Origin: Candidatus Daviesbacteria bacterium GW2011_GWA1_41_61
GTDB lineage: Bacteria; Patescibacteriota; Microgenomatia; Daviesbacterales; UBA10151
DNA: 64,000 nt
Assembly (NCBI GenBank): GCA_000997385.1
Contig: LCBT01000004.1
Coordinates: 8,002-72,001 of the forward strand
Direction of reading: 5' to 3'
The position numbers and the translations under genes are program-made. Positions 10,169 to 17,836 of this stretch are shown piece by piece. Positions within the stretch are counted from its first letter, which is position 1; each line of letters begins with the position of its first letter. The notes beneath the pieces were generated by a model, which was not told where the DNA came from, searched no databases, and saw nothing but the letters and a program-made list of their open reading frames with translations.

Positions 10169-10305
10169 TGGAATTATCTTACGAAGGTCAGGGCAAAAAG
10201 TCAACGGCAATAGTGCTATAATTTCGTAAGAAATTACTGTTCCGCATCCCGACATATATCAGGAGAGGACTATAATTTTTCCTGAATTGACAGGATTATT
10301 ACCTT

Positions 10306-10944
10306 ATGCATACTGTGGGCCAGATTTTAAAAGAAACAAGAGAAGTCAAACTTTATACTTTAGAAGAGGTAGAAAAAGCGATCAAGATTAGAAAAGAACT
10401 TTTAATAGCCCTGGAAAAAGATGATTACTTAAAGCTTCCTCCCCCCACCTTTGTTAGAGGTTTTATCAGAAACTATGCCAAGTTTTTAGATTTGGATGGA
10501 GAGAAGCTGTTGGCTATCTATAGGAGGGAATTTTCCGAGAAAAAACACAAGCCTTATATTATGGATGCTTTTGTTAACCCAGTTAAAAAAAGGAAGCTAG
10601 ATATTACTCCCAGTAGGGTTTTAGGAGGGGTGGTATCTTTGATGATTATCACCTTTTTTGTTTACCTTTGGTTACAGTACCGCCAGTTTATTGGTCCTCC
10701 ACCGCTGACTGTGATCTCCCCTTCTGATCAGTTGACCACAGATAACCCCACGGTGATGGTGGAAGGCAAAACTGATCCGGAGGTGGTGGTGATGGTCAAC
10801 AGTCAGGAGATCCCAGTAGACAGCAGTGGAGAGTTTCAAAAGGAGATTACTTTATCCTCTCAAGTAAATAAATTAACTATTGTGGCTACTTCCAAATTTG
10901 GGCAAAAAACAGCACTTGAAAAAGTGGTTTATCTTAAGAGATAA
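10306..10944 (+). CDS. RodZ-like HTH membrane protein with C-terminal Ig-like domain
   Basis: HTH_25-like GQILKETRE...IALE...LP...FVRGFIRNYAKFL, single TM, beta-rich C-terminus; usual position near ftsK. Confidence 0.85.
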   Translation: MHTVGQILKETREVKLYTLEEVEKAIKIRKELLIALEKDDYLKLPPPTFVRGFIRNYAKFLDLDGEKLLAIYRREFSEKKHKPYIMDAFVNPVKKRKLDITPSRVLGGVVSLMIITFFVYLWLQYRQFIGPPPLTVISPSDQLTTDNPTVMVEGKTDPEVVVMVNSQEIPVDSSGEFQKEITLSSQVNKLTIVATSKFGQKTALEKVVYLKR

Positions 10945-10954
10945 TAGTAGAAAT

Positions 10955-11254
10955 ATGGATATTTTGCAGTTATCTTTAGTTTTTCTAATTTCTTTAATTG
11001 CCATTTTGCTGGCCTTTTTAGGTACTCAGTTTTTCTATGTTTTAAAAGACTTAAGAGTTTCTTTGCAGAAGTTAAATAAAATTTTAGACAGTACCGGCAG
11101 TATTACTGAAAACATTCAAAAACCAGTAGAGGCAGCAGCTAATCTAACTTCTGCAGTTGAGGCAGGGGTGAAAGCTGTTAAAATGGGGATTGAAGGAAGT
11201 GAGCAGGTTAAAAAGCTTTTTAATAGAGACCACAAAGAATTTAAATCAAAGTAG
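10955..11254 (+). CDS. small membrane protein (DUF948-like coiled coil)
   Basis: N-terminal TM followed by amphipathic helices; ATG 10955. Confidence 0.6.
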   Translation: MDILQLSLVFLISLIAILLAFLGTQFFYVLKDLRVSLQKLNKILDSTGSITENIQKPVEAAANLTSAVEAGVKAVKMGIEGSEQVKKLFNRDHKEFKSK

Positions 11255-13142
11255 CATAAATTCTTCTTACTCCTGATCCAGCTGATTCTTCTTTGGTAAT
11301 ATTAAGGTGTCCTAACTGTGAGGTGTTTTTAACATGGGGTCCACCACAGATCTCTATTGAAAATGGAAATCCTTCGACTCGCTCCGCTCGCTCAGGATGA
11401 CTGTTTCCACCGATGGTGTAAACAGTCACTTTATCCCCATATTTGGCTCCAAACAACCCTAAAGCGCCTAATTTTAAAGCCTCTTTTTTATCCATCACCT
11501 CAGAGGTAACTGTTAAGTTTTCCTGAATTTTTTGATTAACCAAATTTTCCACTTGTTTACTCTGTTCCTCAGTTAATTTTTCCGGATGAGAAAAATCAAA
11601 CCTTAATCTTTCCGAAGTTATATTACTGCCCTTTTGAGTAACATGTTCTCCTAAAATCTGTCTTAAAGCAGCGTGAAGCAGGTGAGTAGCAGTGTGGTAT
11701 TTAATAGCTACTTCGGATTGATCCACCAAACCTCCCTTAAACATTCCCGTCGAAGCAGTCCTGGACAACTCCTTATGCTTTTCAAACTCAACCTGAAATT
11801 CTTCTTGATCAATTTTTTGCCCTTTTTCAGCCAGAAGTTCTTCAGTGACTTCTATTGGAAATCCATATGTTTGATATAAATCAAAAGCATTTTTGCCGTT
11901 AACTTCGCTTAGTTTTTCAATCTCTTTAAAACCTTTGACCAAAGACGAACCGAATTTTTTCATTTCTTCAACGATCGTTTGGTGTAACTGTTCTTTAGTC
12001 TGCAAACTGTTTTTATTAATAGAAAATAACCAATCATACATTTCTAGAATTCTGTCACATATGGTGGTAATTTCTTCTACAAACTTCAGATCTCCAGTTA
12101 GTTGATAAAATTTAATGGCTGATCTTCTAAGTAATCTTCTTAAGATATATCCTTGTAGTTTATTAGAGGGAAAAACCCCATTAATAATGAGAAATGTAGC
12201 ACCTTTTAAATGGTCAGTAATAATTTGCATAGAAGATCTATTATCGGTATATTTTTTGTTTGTTACTTTTTCAATTTCTTCTATAATTGACCAGAAAAGA
12301 TCAATTTTAAATACATCAGCATCTTTATTTGAGACAGCAACAAGTCTTTCTAATCCGCCTCCAAAATCAACATTTTTATTGGGTAACTTTTTTAAAGAGC
12401 CATCAGCTATTTTTTTGTACTCCATAAAAACAGAATTTCCTATTTCTAGAAAATGTCCACAGTCACAGTTGGGATGGCAATATTTTCCATATTTAGGATC
12501 ATGCTTTATTTCTTCAAATTCATAAAACATCTCTGAGTTGGGACCTCCTGGTTCTCCAGTAGGCATGGCCTCAATACTTCCAGTTCTACTCCACCAGTTT
12601 TTCTTTTGGTCATAATAAAAAATTCTCCCTCCCTGCATCCCTACCTCTGCAGCATACTCTAAAGAATCTAAGGCTACTTCTTTAGCTCCAACATTTTGTT
12701 GAGAAAATAACTCCTTCCAGATTTGGACAGATTCGGTATCTTTGGGAAGATGATATTTTTCATCTCCAGCAAAAACAGATACATAAAGTTTATTTGGATC
12801 AATACTAACCTCCTTTATCAGAAATTCAAAAATCCAAGGGAGCTGTTCCTTTTTAAAGTAATCTCCTAAAGACCAGTTCCCCAGCATTTCAAAGAGGGTG
12901 GTATGGCGGTTATTTCCAACATCTTCAATATCTTGGGCTCTAAAACATGGTTGAGAATTAACTAATCTGGTTCCTTCAGGGTGTTTCTGCCCTAAAAGAT
13001 AAGGAACCATTGGTTGCATCCCTGAGGAAGTAAAAAGAGTAGTGGGATCGTTTTCTGGTACTAGGGGAGCAGAGGGGATAACTTTGTGCCCCTTTTTAAT
13101 AAAGAAATCTAAATATTTTTGTCGGAGTTCCCTTGATGTCAT
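11241..13142 (-). CDS. alaS: alanine--tRNA ligase lacking the C-Ala domain
   Basis: TLFTSSGMQP, HTTLFEMLGNWS, VDFGGGLERL, editing motifs HTATH and EICGGPHV; ends at GVRRIYA. Confidence 0.96.
   Translation of the reverse strand: MTSRELRQKYLDFFIKKGHKVIPSAPLVPENDPTTLFTSSGMQPMVPYLLGQKHPEGTRLVNSQPCFRAQDIEDVGNNRHTTLFEMLGNWSLGDYFKKEQLPWIFEFLIKEVSIDPNKLYVSVFAGDEKYHLPKDTESVQIWKELFSQQNVGAKEVALDSLEYAAEVGMQGGRIFYYDQKKNWWSRTGSIEAMPTGEPGGPNSEMFYEFEEIKHDPKYGKYCHPNCDCGHFLEIGNSVFMEYKKIADGSLKKLPNKNVDFGGGLERLVAVSNKDADVFKIDLFWSIIEEIEKVTNKKYTDNRSSMQIITDHLKGATFLIINGVFPSNKLQGYILRRLLRRSAIKFYQLTGDLKFVEEITTICDRILEMYDWLFSINKNSLQTKEQLHQTIVEEMKKFGSSLVKGFKEIEKLSEVNGKNAFDLYQTYGFPIEVTEELLAEKGQKIDQEEFQVEFEKHKELSRTASTGMFKGGLVDQSEVAIKYHTATHLLHAALRQILGEHVTQKGSNITSERLRFDFSHPEKLTEEQSKQVENLVNQKIQENLTVTSEVMDKKEALKLGALGLFGAKYGDKVTVYTIGGNSHPERAERVEGFPFSIEICGGPHVKNTSQLGHLNITKEESAGSGVRRIYATLI
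11369..11401 (-). repeat. palindromic REP-like element inserted in frame in alaS
   Basis: Minus strand GTCATCCTGAGCGAGCGGAGCGAGTCGAAGGAT; encodes SHPERAERVEG between VYTIG and FSIEICGG. Confidence 0.7.
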
Positions 13143-13227
13143 ATGAACCAATTATATATCATTTTTCGTTCTTACATTTGTCTGCTTGACTTTTACTATG
13201 GGTAGTAGTAAAAACTTCATAATAGTT

Positions 13228-13731
13228 ATGAATGAAGTAGTTTTTATCACCGACCATTGTCATACTGGCCATTTAAAAGCAGCTTCGTACGAACTTAACA
13301 ATCGAAGCCGAGATATTGCTGAACAATGTGTTTATCGGATAGGGCAAGTAGACCCAGTGAAAAGTCCAAAACATATCTCTCTTAATCTAAGACTTGCGGT
13401 AAGCCGGGGAAGTCTTCCTGAAAAAGATAAGGAGAAGTGGCAAGGAGCTGAAAAGGAGTTAGTAAAATTAATGAAGACAGCTCATATAATGAAGTCTCTT
13501 ATTCGAGCCGAGATGAGGTTGGGGGAAATGCTGCAAGAAGTTCCGCAATTTTTATCTTTTCAAGAAGCTTTTTTATATTTTAAGTCTACTAGTTGGCGAT
13601 TGGACTACTTACTTTCTTCTCAAGCTCGGCAGAGACTGGACTCTGCGCGTTTGGTTTCTTATTCTTTCCTAGAGAGCTGGGTTTTAAGAAGGGCAATTTT
13701 TGAGGGAATCTATTTTACACAACCATCTTAG
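13228..13731 (+). CDS. hypothetical protein
   Basis: Open frame with an upstream TTGACT promoter-like box; no recognised motif; start uncertain. Confidence 0.55.
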   Translation: MNEVVFITDHCHTGHLKAASYELNNRSRDIAEQCVYRIGQVDPVKSPKHISLNLRLAVSRGSLPEKDKEKWQGAEKELVKLMKTAHIMKSLIRAEMRLGEMLQEVPQFLSFQEAFLYFKSTSWRLDYLLSSQARQRLDSARLVSYSFLESWVLRRAIFEGIYFTQPS

Positions 13732-13738
13732 TGTTTTA

Positions 13739-13925
13739 CTAAATAGTGCTTATCTCTCTTTTTTCGAGATTTCGGATTAGTTCAATAACATAATGAATAG
13801 TGAGGCCTTGTTTTTTGGCAATTTGGTGTTCCAATTTGGCTCCAGTGGACTACTCCCAACGATGGTCATATGAGCCGCAGATGAAACGGGAATTTACCAA
13901 ATACCTCAAAGACGTTTAGACGATC
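13739..13925 (-). pseudogene. DUF4406/NDT-like gene remnant
   Basis: Minus frame reads RWE*STGAKLEHQIAKKQGLTIHYV, matching the WExSxGAxxE...A...G motif, with an in-frame TAG and an upstream frameshift. Confidence 0.55.
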
Positions 13926-13994
13926 CCTGTTATACTTGACAACATCTTCTTTTAAGCTTTTACTTAGAGTATAGAGGGAAAGGGGGTGAGGTAA

Positions 13995-14501
13995 ATGCAA
14001 GTTAGTAAATTTTTCCCCATTCCTTTACTGGTGGCAGTTATAGCCTTTGTTTATATGTGGGCTGCTGCTCAATTTAACCTAATAGGTTGGATAGCCTTTA
14101 TTACCTGGGGTGGATACTTTCTCTCAGGTGTTAGTTCTAAAAGTGCTGTCAGGGAAGCCATTAGTGTCTCCCTGGGTATTATTTTGGGGGCAGTTATAGT
14201 TCTTTTGGCCACTGCCCTATCCTCTAGTTTAGGTACCTTAGCTGTTCCGATAATTGTAGCTGTAGCAGCTTTTGTCATTGTCTTTTTGGAGCTTGTCCCC
14301 TGGTTTGATATGGCTCCAGGATACTTTTTGGGAGCGGCAGTTTTCTTTGGAGCTGGAGCCAAGCCGGATATGGCAACTATCACCGCAGCCTGGATTCCAG
14401 CAGTTGTGGGTATTGTCCTAGGAGTGTTGACCGGTTATCTGCGGGGGTTGATCTTGAGTGCTCAGGGAGCACAGGATACCTTAAAGAAGGCAACAGCTTA
14501 A
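13995..14501 (+). CDS. DUF1097-like membrane protein
   Basis: Multi-TM protein with W.AFITWGGYF and PGYFLGAAVFFG; SD GGGGGTGA. Confidence 0.75.
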   Translation: MQVSKFFPIPLLVAVIAFVYMWAAAQFNLIGWIAFITWGGYFLSGVSSKSAVREAISVSLGIILGAVIVLLATALSSSLGTLAVPIIVAVAAFVIVFLELVPWFDMAPGYFLGAAVFFGAGAKPDMATITAAWIPAVVGIVLGVLTGYLRGLILSAQGAQDTLKKATA

Positions 14502-14586
14502 AAAGTTAAGGTGTTTTACTTTAGACAAGCCTCTCCATTTAATATGGGGAATTTGTCGTTGTTAAAAATTAAATTCTCTTAAAACT

Positions 14587-15936
14587 ATGGATACAAAAGA
14601 AAATAATCTTCTAACCAGTTCTCCAGCTGCGCTTAAGGCTACTAAAGTCCCCAAGTCTGTTGACCCTCCCCAAAAGACGGCAGAAGAGAAAGCTCCCCAG
14701 CAGGAAGACCGGGAAATAGAAGAACAGATTAAAGCTGACAACAAAAAGGTGGTGCATGCTGTCAGGATAGTGGTAGAAGCAGGGATGATTAGCGCCTTAT
14801 ATTTAAGTCGGAGTCCTTATTTCTTACCTTTGGCGTTGGTTATTACCCTTAACGAAGTTATAAGCCAGACCTTAATTTACCTTGCTAAGAGTAATCAGCT
14901 CATAAAAAAAATTACACCTTATGTTTATATATTTACTTCCATCAGCACTATTTCTTCTGTAGCCTATTTTACTGGGTGGGTGATAAATGATTTCTATTTA
15001 ATTTATTTAATTCATGTCTCCTCAGCTACAGTAGGGTATGGTTTAAAAGTGGGCCTGGTGAGCTTTCTTTTAGCTGTTGCTACCTATACTAGCTTACTGC
15101 ATCTGTATCAGGCTCCGTCTTTGACTTATCTGCGTCTGCCCATCCTCTCTATTTTAGTCTTCAGGTTATTGGTGACTCAAAGAAGATATGAAAAAATTGA
15201 AGGGTTGTTAAGTAATGTTTTGAATATTGAGAAAGCCAAAGGGGATTTTATCTCTATTGCCTCTCATAACCTAAGGACACCAGTCGCAGCCATTTATGGT
15301 TATATTGATTTACTTTTAAGAGGTGATACTGGCAAGCTGGGCCAAGAGCAGTCAGATTATGTTAAAAAGATTAAAAATAATAATACTGAACTGGAAAGGT
15401 TGACGGAACAGTTGTTACAGATTTCTATTTTAGAAGTGGGGAAGGAGGTTAATTTATTCAAGCAGCCCAGTCAGATAGAAGTAATCATTGAGGGGGTGGT
15501 GGATAATTTTGCTCCCGTAGCTTCAGCTAAGGGTGTGGAGATTGTATTTAAAAAGGAGAATTATCTGCTGTCTTTGGTGGATATAGATGTGGAAAAGATC
15601 AAAGCAGTCATTTTAAACTTAATTGACAATGCCGTAAAATACACCGATAAAGGGAAGGTCGAGATTAAAGCTAAAGAAGAGGGAGATTTTATAGCTGTTT
15701 CCGTTACCGATACTGGCAGCGGTATCTCCAAAGAAGATTTACCCAAACTGTTCACTAAATTTTTCCGCTCCGGTAATATTCTAGTCTATAATAAGGTAGG
15801 TACAGGACTAGGCCTTTATTTAGGAAAGAAAATTGTTGAACTTCATGGTGGGAGTATCAGGGTAGAGAGCGTAGAAGGAGTGGGTTCCACATTTATCTTT
15901 ACCATACCCATAGCCAAAACGAATAACTTCTTATGA
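14587..15936 (+). CDS. membrane sensor histidine kinase
   Basis: About 5 TMs, H-box SHNLRTP, N-box NLIDNAVKYT, G1 DTGSGI, G2 GTGLGL. Confidence 0.93.
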   Translation: MDTKENNLLTSSPAALKATKVPKSVDPPQKTAEEKAPQQEDREIEEQIKADNKKVVHAVRIVVEAGMISALYLSRSPYFLPLALVITLNEVISQTLIYLAKSNQLIKKITPYVYIFTSISTISSVAYFTGWVINDFYLIYLIHVSSATVGYGLKVGLVSFLLAVATYTSLLHLYQAPSLTYLRLPILSILVFRLLVTQRRYEKIEGLLSNVLNIEKAKGDFISIASHNLRTPVAAIYGYIDLLLRGDTGKLGQEQSDYVKKIKNNNTELERLTEQLLQISILEVGKEVNLFKQPSQIEVIIEGVVDNFAPVASAKGVEIVFKKENYLLSLVDIDVEKIKAVILNLIDNAVKYTDKGKVEIKAKEEGDFIAVSVTDTGSGISKEDLPKLFTKFFRSGNILVYNKVGTGLGLYLGKKIVELHGGSIRVESVEGVGSTFIFTIPIAKTNNFL

Positions 15937-16556
15937 TGTATCTAATAGGGGCATTTTTAGCAGTTTCTATCATTACCTTGGAGATAATACTTTTCCAAAA
16001 GAGATCTTTTTATAAAAAAAATGTCTCTTTAATACACCGCCTTAATAAAAATTTAGAAATTCTTAAGGCTTTATCATTTCTCACTTCTTCCAAGGCCTCC
16101 TCTTTATCAGAGGATTTGCAACAATTGGCAATTTATTTTTCCCCGCAAGATTTATATCAGGATTTTACCGTAGTCTTATTAAAAGATACAGGAAAAGGTA
16201 TAAAGGGGGTGTTGAGATATCATTATAATCAGTCTTTGGAGTCAAAGCCAGAGATTAAGGAAGACTCTACTTTAACCAAAGCTGAAGATTGTTATTTAAA
16301 TAAGATAGAGAACAATTTTTCAGTAGTTGGCGACTCCTCGTCCTCTGTTTATCCTTTGGCAGCGCTGTTCCCTCTAAGATATTCCTCCCAAAACTGGGGA
16401 GTTTTAATGGTTTTTGCGACTAATGATTTTTCTAAACAGGACTTAGATTTTCTTAAGGCAGTGTCAGGTGTGGTCGTTTTATTGCTGAAAAAATTTGAAT
16501 TTAGACAGTCTTTGACAGACGGCGAGCAAGTAGCAGGAGTAGACCAAGAATGGTAA
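15933..16556 (+). CDS. single-TM protein with degenerate GAF-like domain
   Basis: N-terminal TM; C-terminal FPL...WGVLMV...FSKQDLDFLKAV resembles the end of a GAF domain. Confidence 0.55.
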   Translation: MMYLIGAFLAVSIITLEIILFQKRSFYKKNVSLIHRLNKNLEILKALSFLTSSKASSLSEDLQQLAIYFSPQDLYQDFTVVLLKDTGKGIKGVLRYHYNQSLESKPEIKEDSTLTKAEDCYLNKIENNFSVVGDSSSSVYPLAALFPLRYSSQNWGVLMVFATNDFSKQDLDFLKAVSGVVVLLLKKFEFRQSLTDGEQVAGVDQEW

Positions 16557-17188
16557 TATTTTTGACCTTGGGTTTAGTATGGCTGATAATAGAGTTAGTC
16601 CGGGTATTTCTCCTATGGAAGAAAAACCGAAGAGCTCTGTCTGCTTTGGTGAAGAGTCAAGAAGAGCTAGGTTACCTCTCTTTTATCTTTAGCGAGGTTT
16701 TTGCTCAAAAGTATCCGGTGGAGGTGATTTTTCCCAAGCTGCTTAATCGCCTCAGGGAAAGCCTCGGTTGGACTTATCACAGCATTTTCCGTCTGGATGA
16801 GGAAAGGCAACTAATGATAGTCCGTTTTACTGGATACTTGCCTGATTGGTATATGGAAAAGTTTAGTACCAAGGTGTTGGTAAAAGTGGGCGATGCTGCC
16901 ATCGGCAGGGCAGTGTCCACCAGCCAACCGGTAATTATCAATGCTTCAATTGTTGATCCCCGCTTCAAAAGCGTTACTCAAGTAGCCCAGCAAACAGGTT
17001 ATAAATCCTTAACTTGTTGCCCGATGATTGGCAGGCTCAAAGTATATGGAGGTTTTTGTGCTTATAGTCAGTATGAGAATATCTTTACCCTTCACGATAG
17101 CCAATTTTTATTAACTTGCGCTTATCTTTATGGAGCCATCTTAGAAACGATTTTATTGCAAGAATATCTGAAAAAGAAGGATAAATAG
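16550..17188 (+). CDS. single-TM GAF-domain protein
   Basis: GDAAIGRAV..SQPVII...DPRF...GYKSLTCCPMI...GGFCAYS...FT..D..FL. Confidence 0.8.
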   Translation: MVIFLTLGLVWLIIELVRVFLLWKKNRRALSALVKSQEELGYLSFIFSEVFAQKYPVEVIFPKLLNRLRESLGWTYHSIFRLDEERQLMIVRFTGYLPDWYMEKFSTKVLVKVGDAAIGRAVSTSQPVIINASIVDPRFKSVTQVAQQTGYKSLTCCPMIGRLKVYGGFCAYSQYENIFTLHDSQFLLTCAYLYGAILETILLQEYLKKKDK

Positions 17189-17247
17189 CCTTAAGACCTT
17201 AAGATTAGACCTTGACACTACAGGTAAGTTTGTATATCCTCTAATTA

Positions 17248-17634
17248 ATGGATAATTCATCATCTAATAAGAAAAAGATTCTCATCGTGGAGGATGATTT
17301 TTTTATAAGAGACTTGTATGAGATACAAGCTCGTAAAACCGGTTATGAGGTGGTAACTGCCACTGACGGCGAAGAAGCTTTGGCTAAAGTAAAAGAGGAG
17401 CTTCCCAACCTGGTTATTTTGGATATTATGTTGCCTAAAATGGATGGGATCAGTGTTTTAAAATCCCTTAAAGCGGACGGGAAGTTGTCTGGGATTCCTT
17501 GTGTTTTGGTAACTAATCTGGAAGACCCTCTTAAAGAACGGGAAGCTATGCAGGAGGGAGCAGCAGCCTATTTTTTAAAGATTAAAACTACTCCGCAACA
17601 ACTTATCGGCACTGTAGCTCAGTATTTAACTTAG
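17248..17634 (+). CDS. single-domain response regulator (receiver)
   Basis: KILIVEDD, ILDIMLPKMDG phosphoacceptor, conserved T and K. Confidence 0.93.
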   Translation: MDNSSSNKKKILIVEDDFFIRDLYEIQARKTGYEVVTATDGEEALAKVKEELPNLVILDIMLPKMDGISVLKSLKADGKLSGIPCVLVTNLEDPLKEREAMQEGAAAYFLKIKTTPQQLIGTVAQYLT

Positions 17635-17654
17635 TGTTTGGTTTACAATCCTTA

Positions 17655-17732
17655 CTTAAACCCCAATATTTCTGTATTCAAATACTACAGGAGAACTATT
17701 TTAAAGTAACTTTTATCTTCTTGGGGTTTAAG
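17655..17732. repeat. 12-bp perfect inverted repeat pair
   Basis: CTTAAACCCCAA (17655-66) and TTGGGGTTTAAG (17721-32). Confidence 0.7.
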
Positions 17733-17836
17733 AATATTGAGTTTAATGGTAAACTTAGTTTAGTAGTATGTTGACGGTGTTAGTGTGGCTTTTAGTAACT
17801 AGGGCCGAGGAGTGAATTTTAACGGCAATATTGCCC

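Noticed and set aside
11241-13142. AlaRS lacking C-Ala as a pseudogene or novelty
   Set aside because: Catalytic and editing motifs are intact and the frame ends cleanly; short AlaRS forms occur in reduced genomes.
13728-17638. TTAGTGTT at several gene ends, resembling the reverse complement of the fusA repeat end
   Set aside because: Only 8 nt, AT-rich and overlapping stop codons; indistinguishable from chance without statistics.
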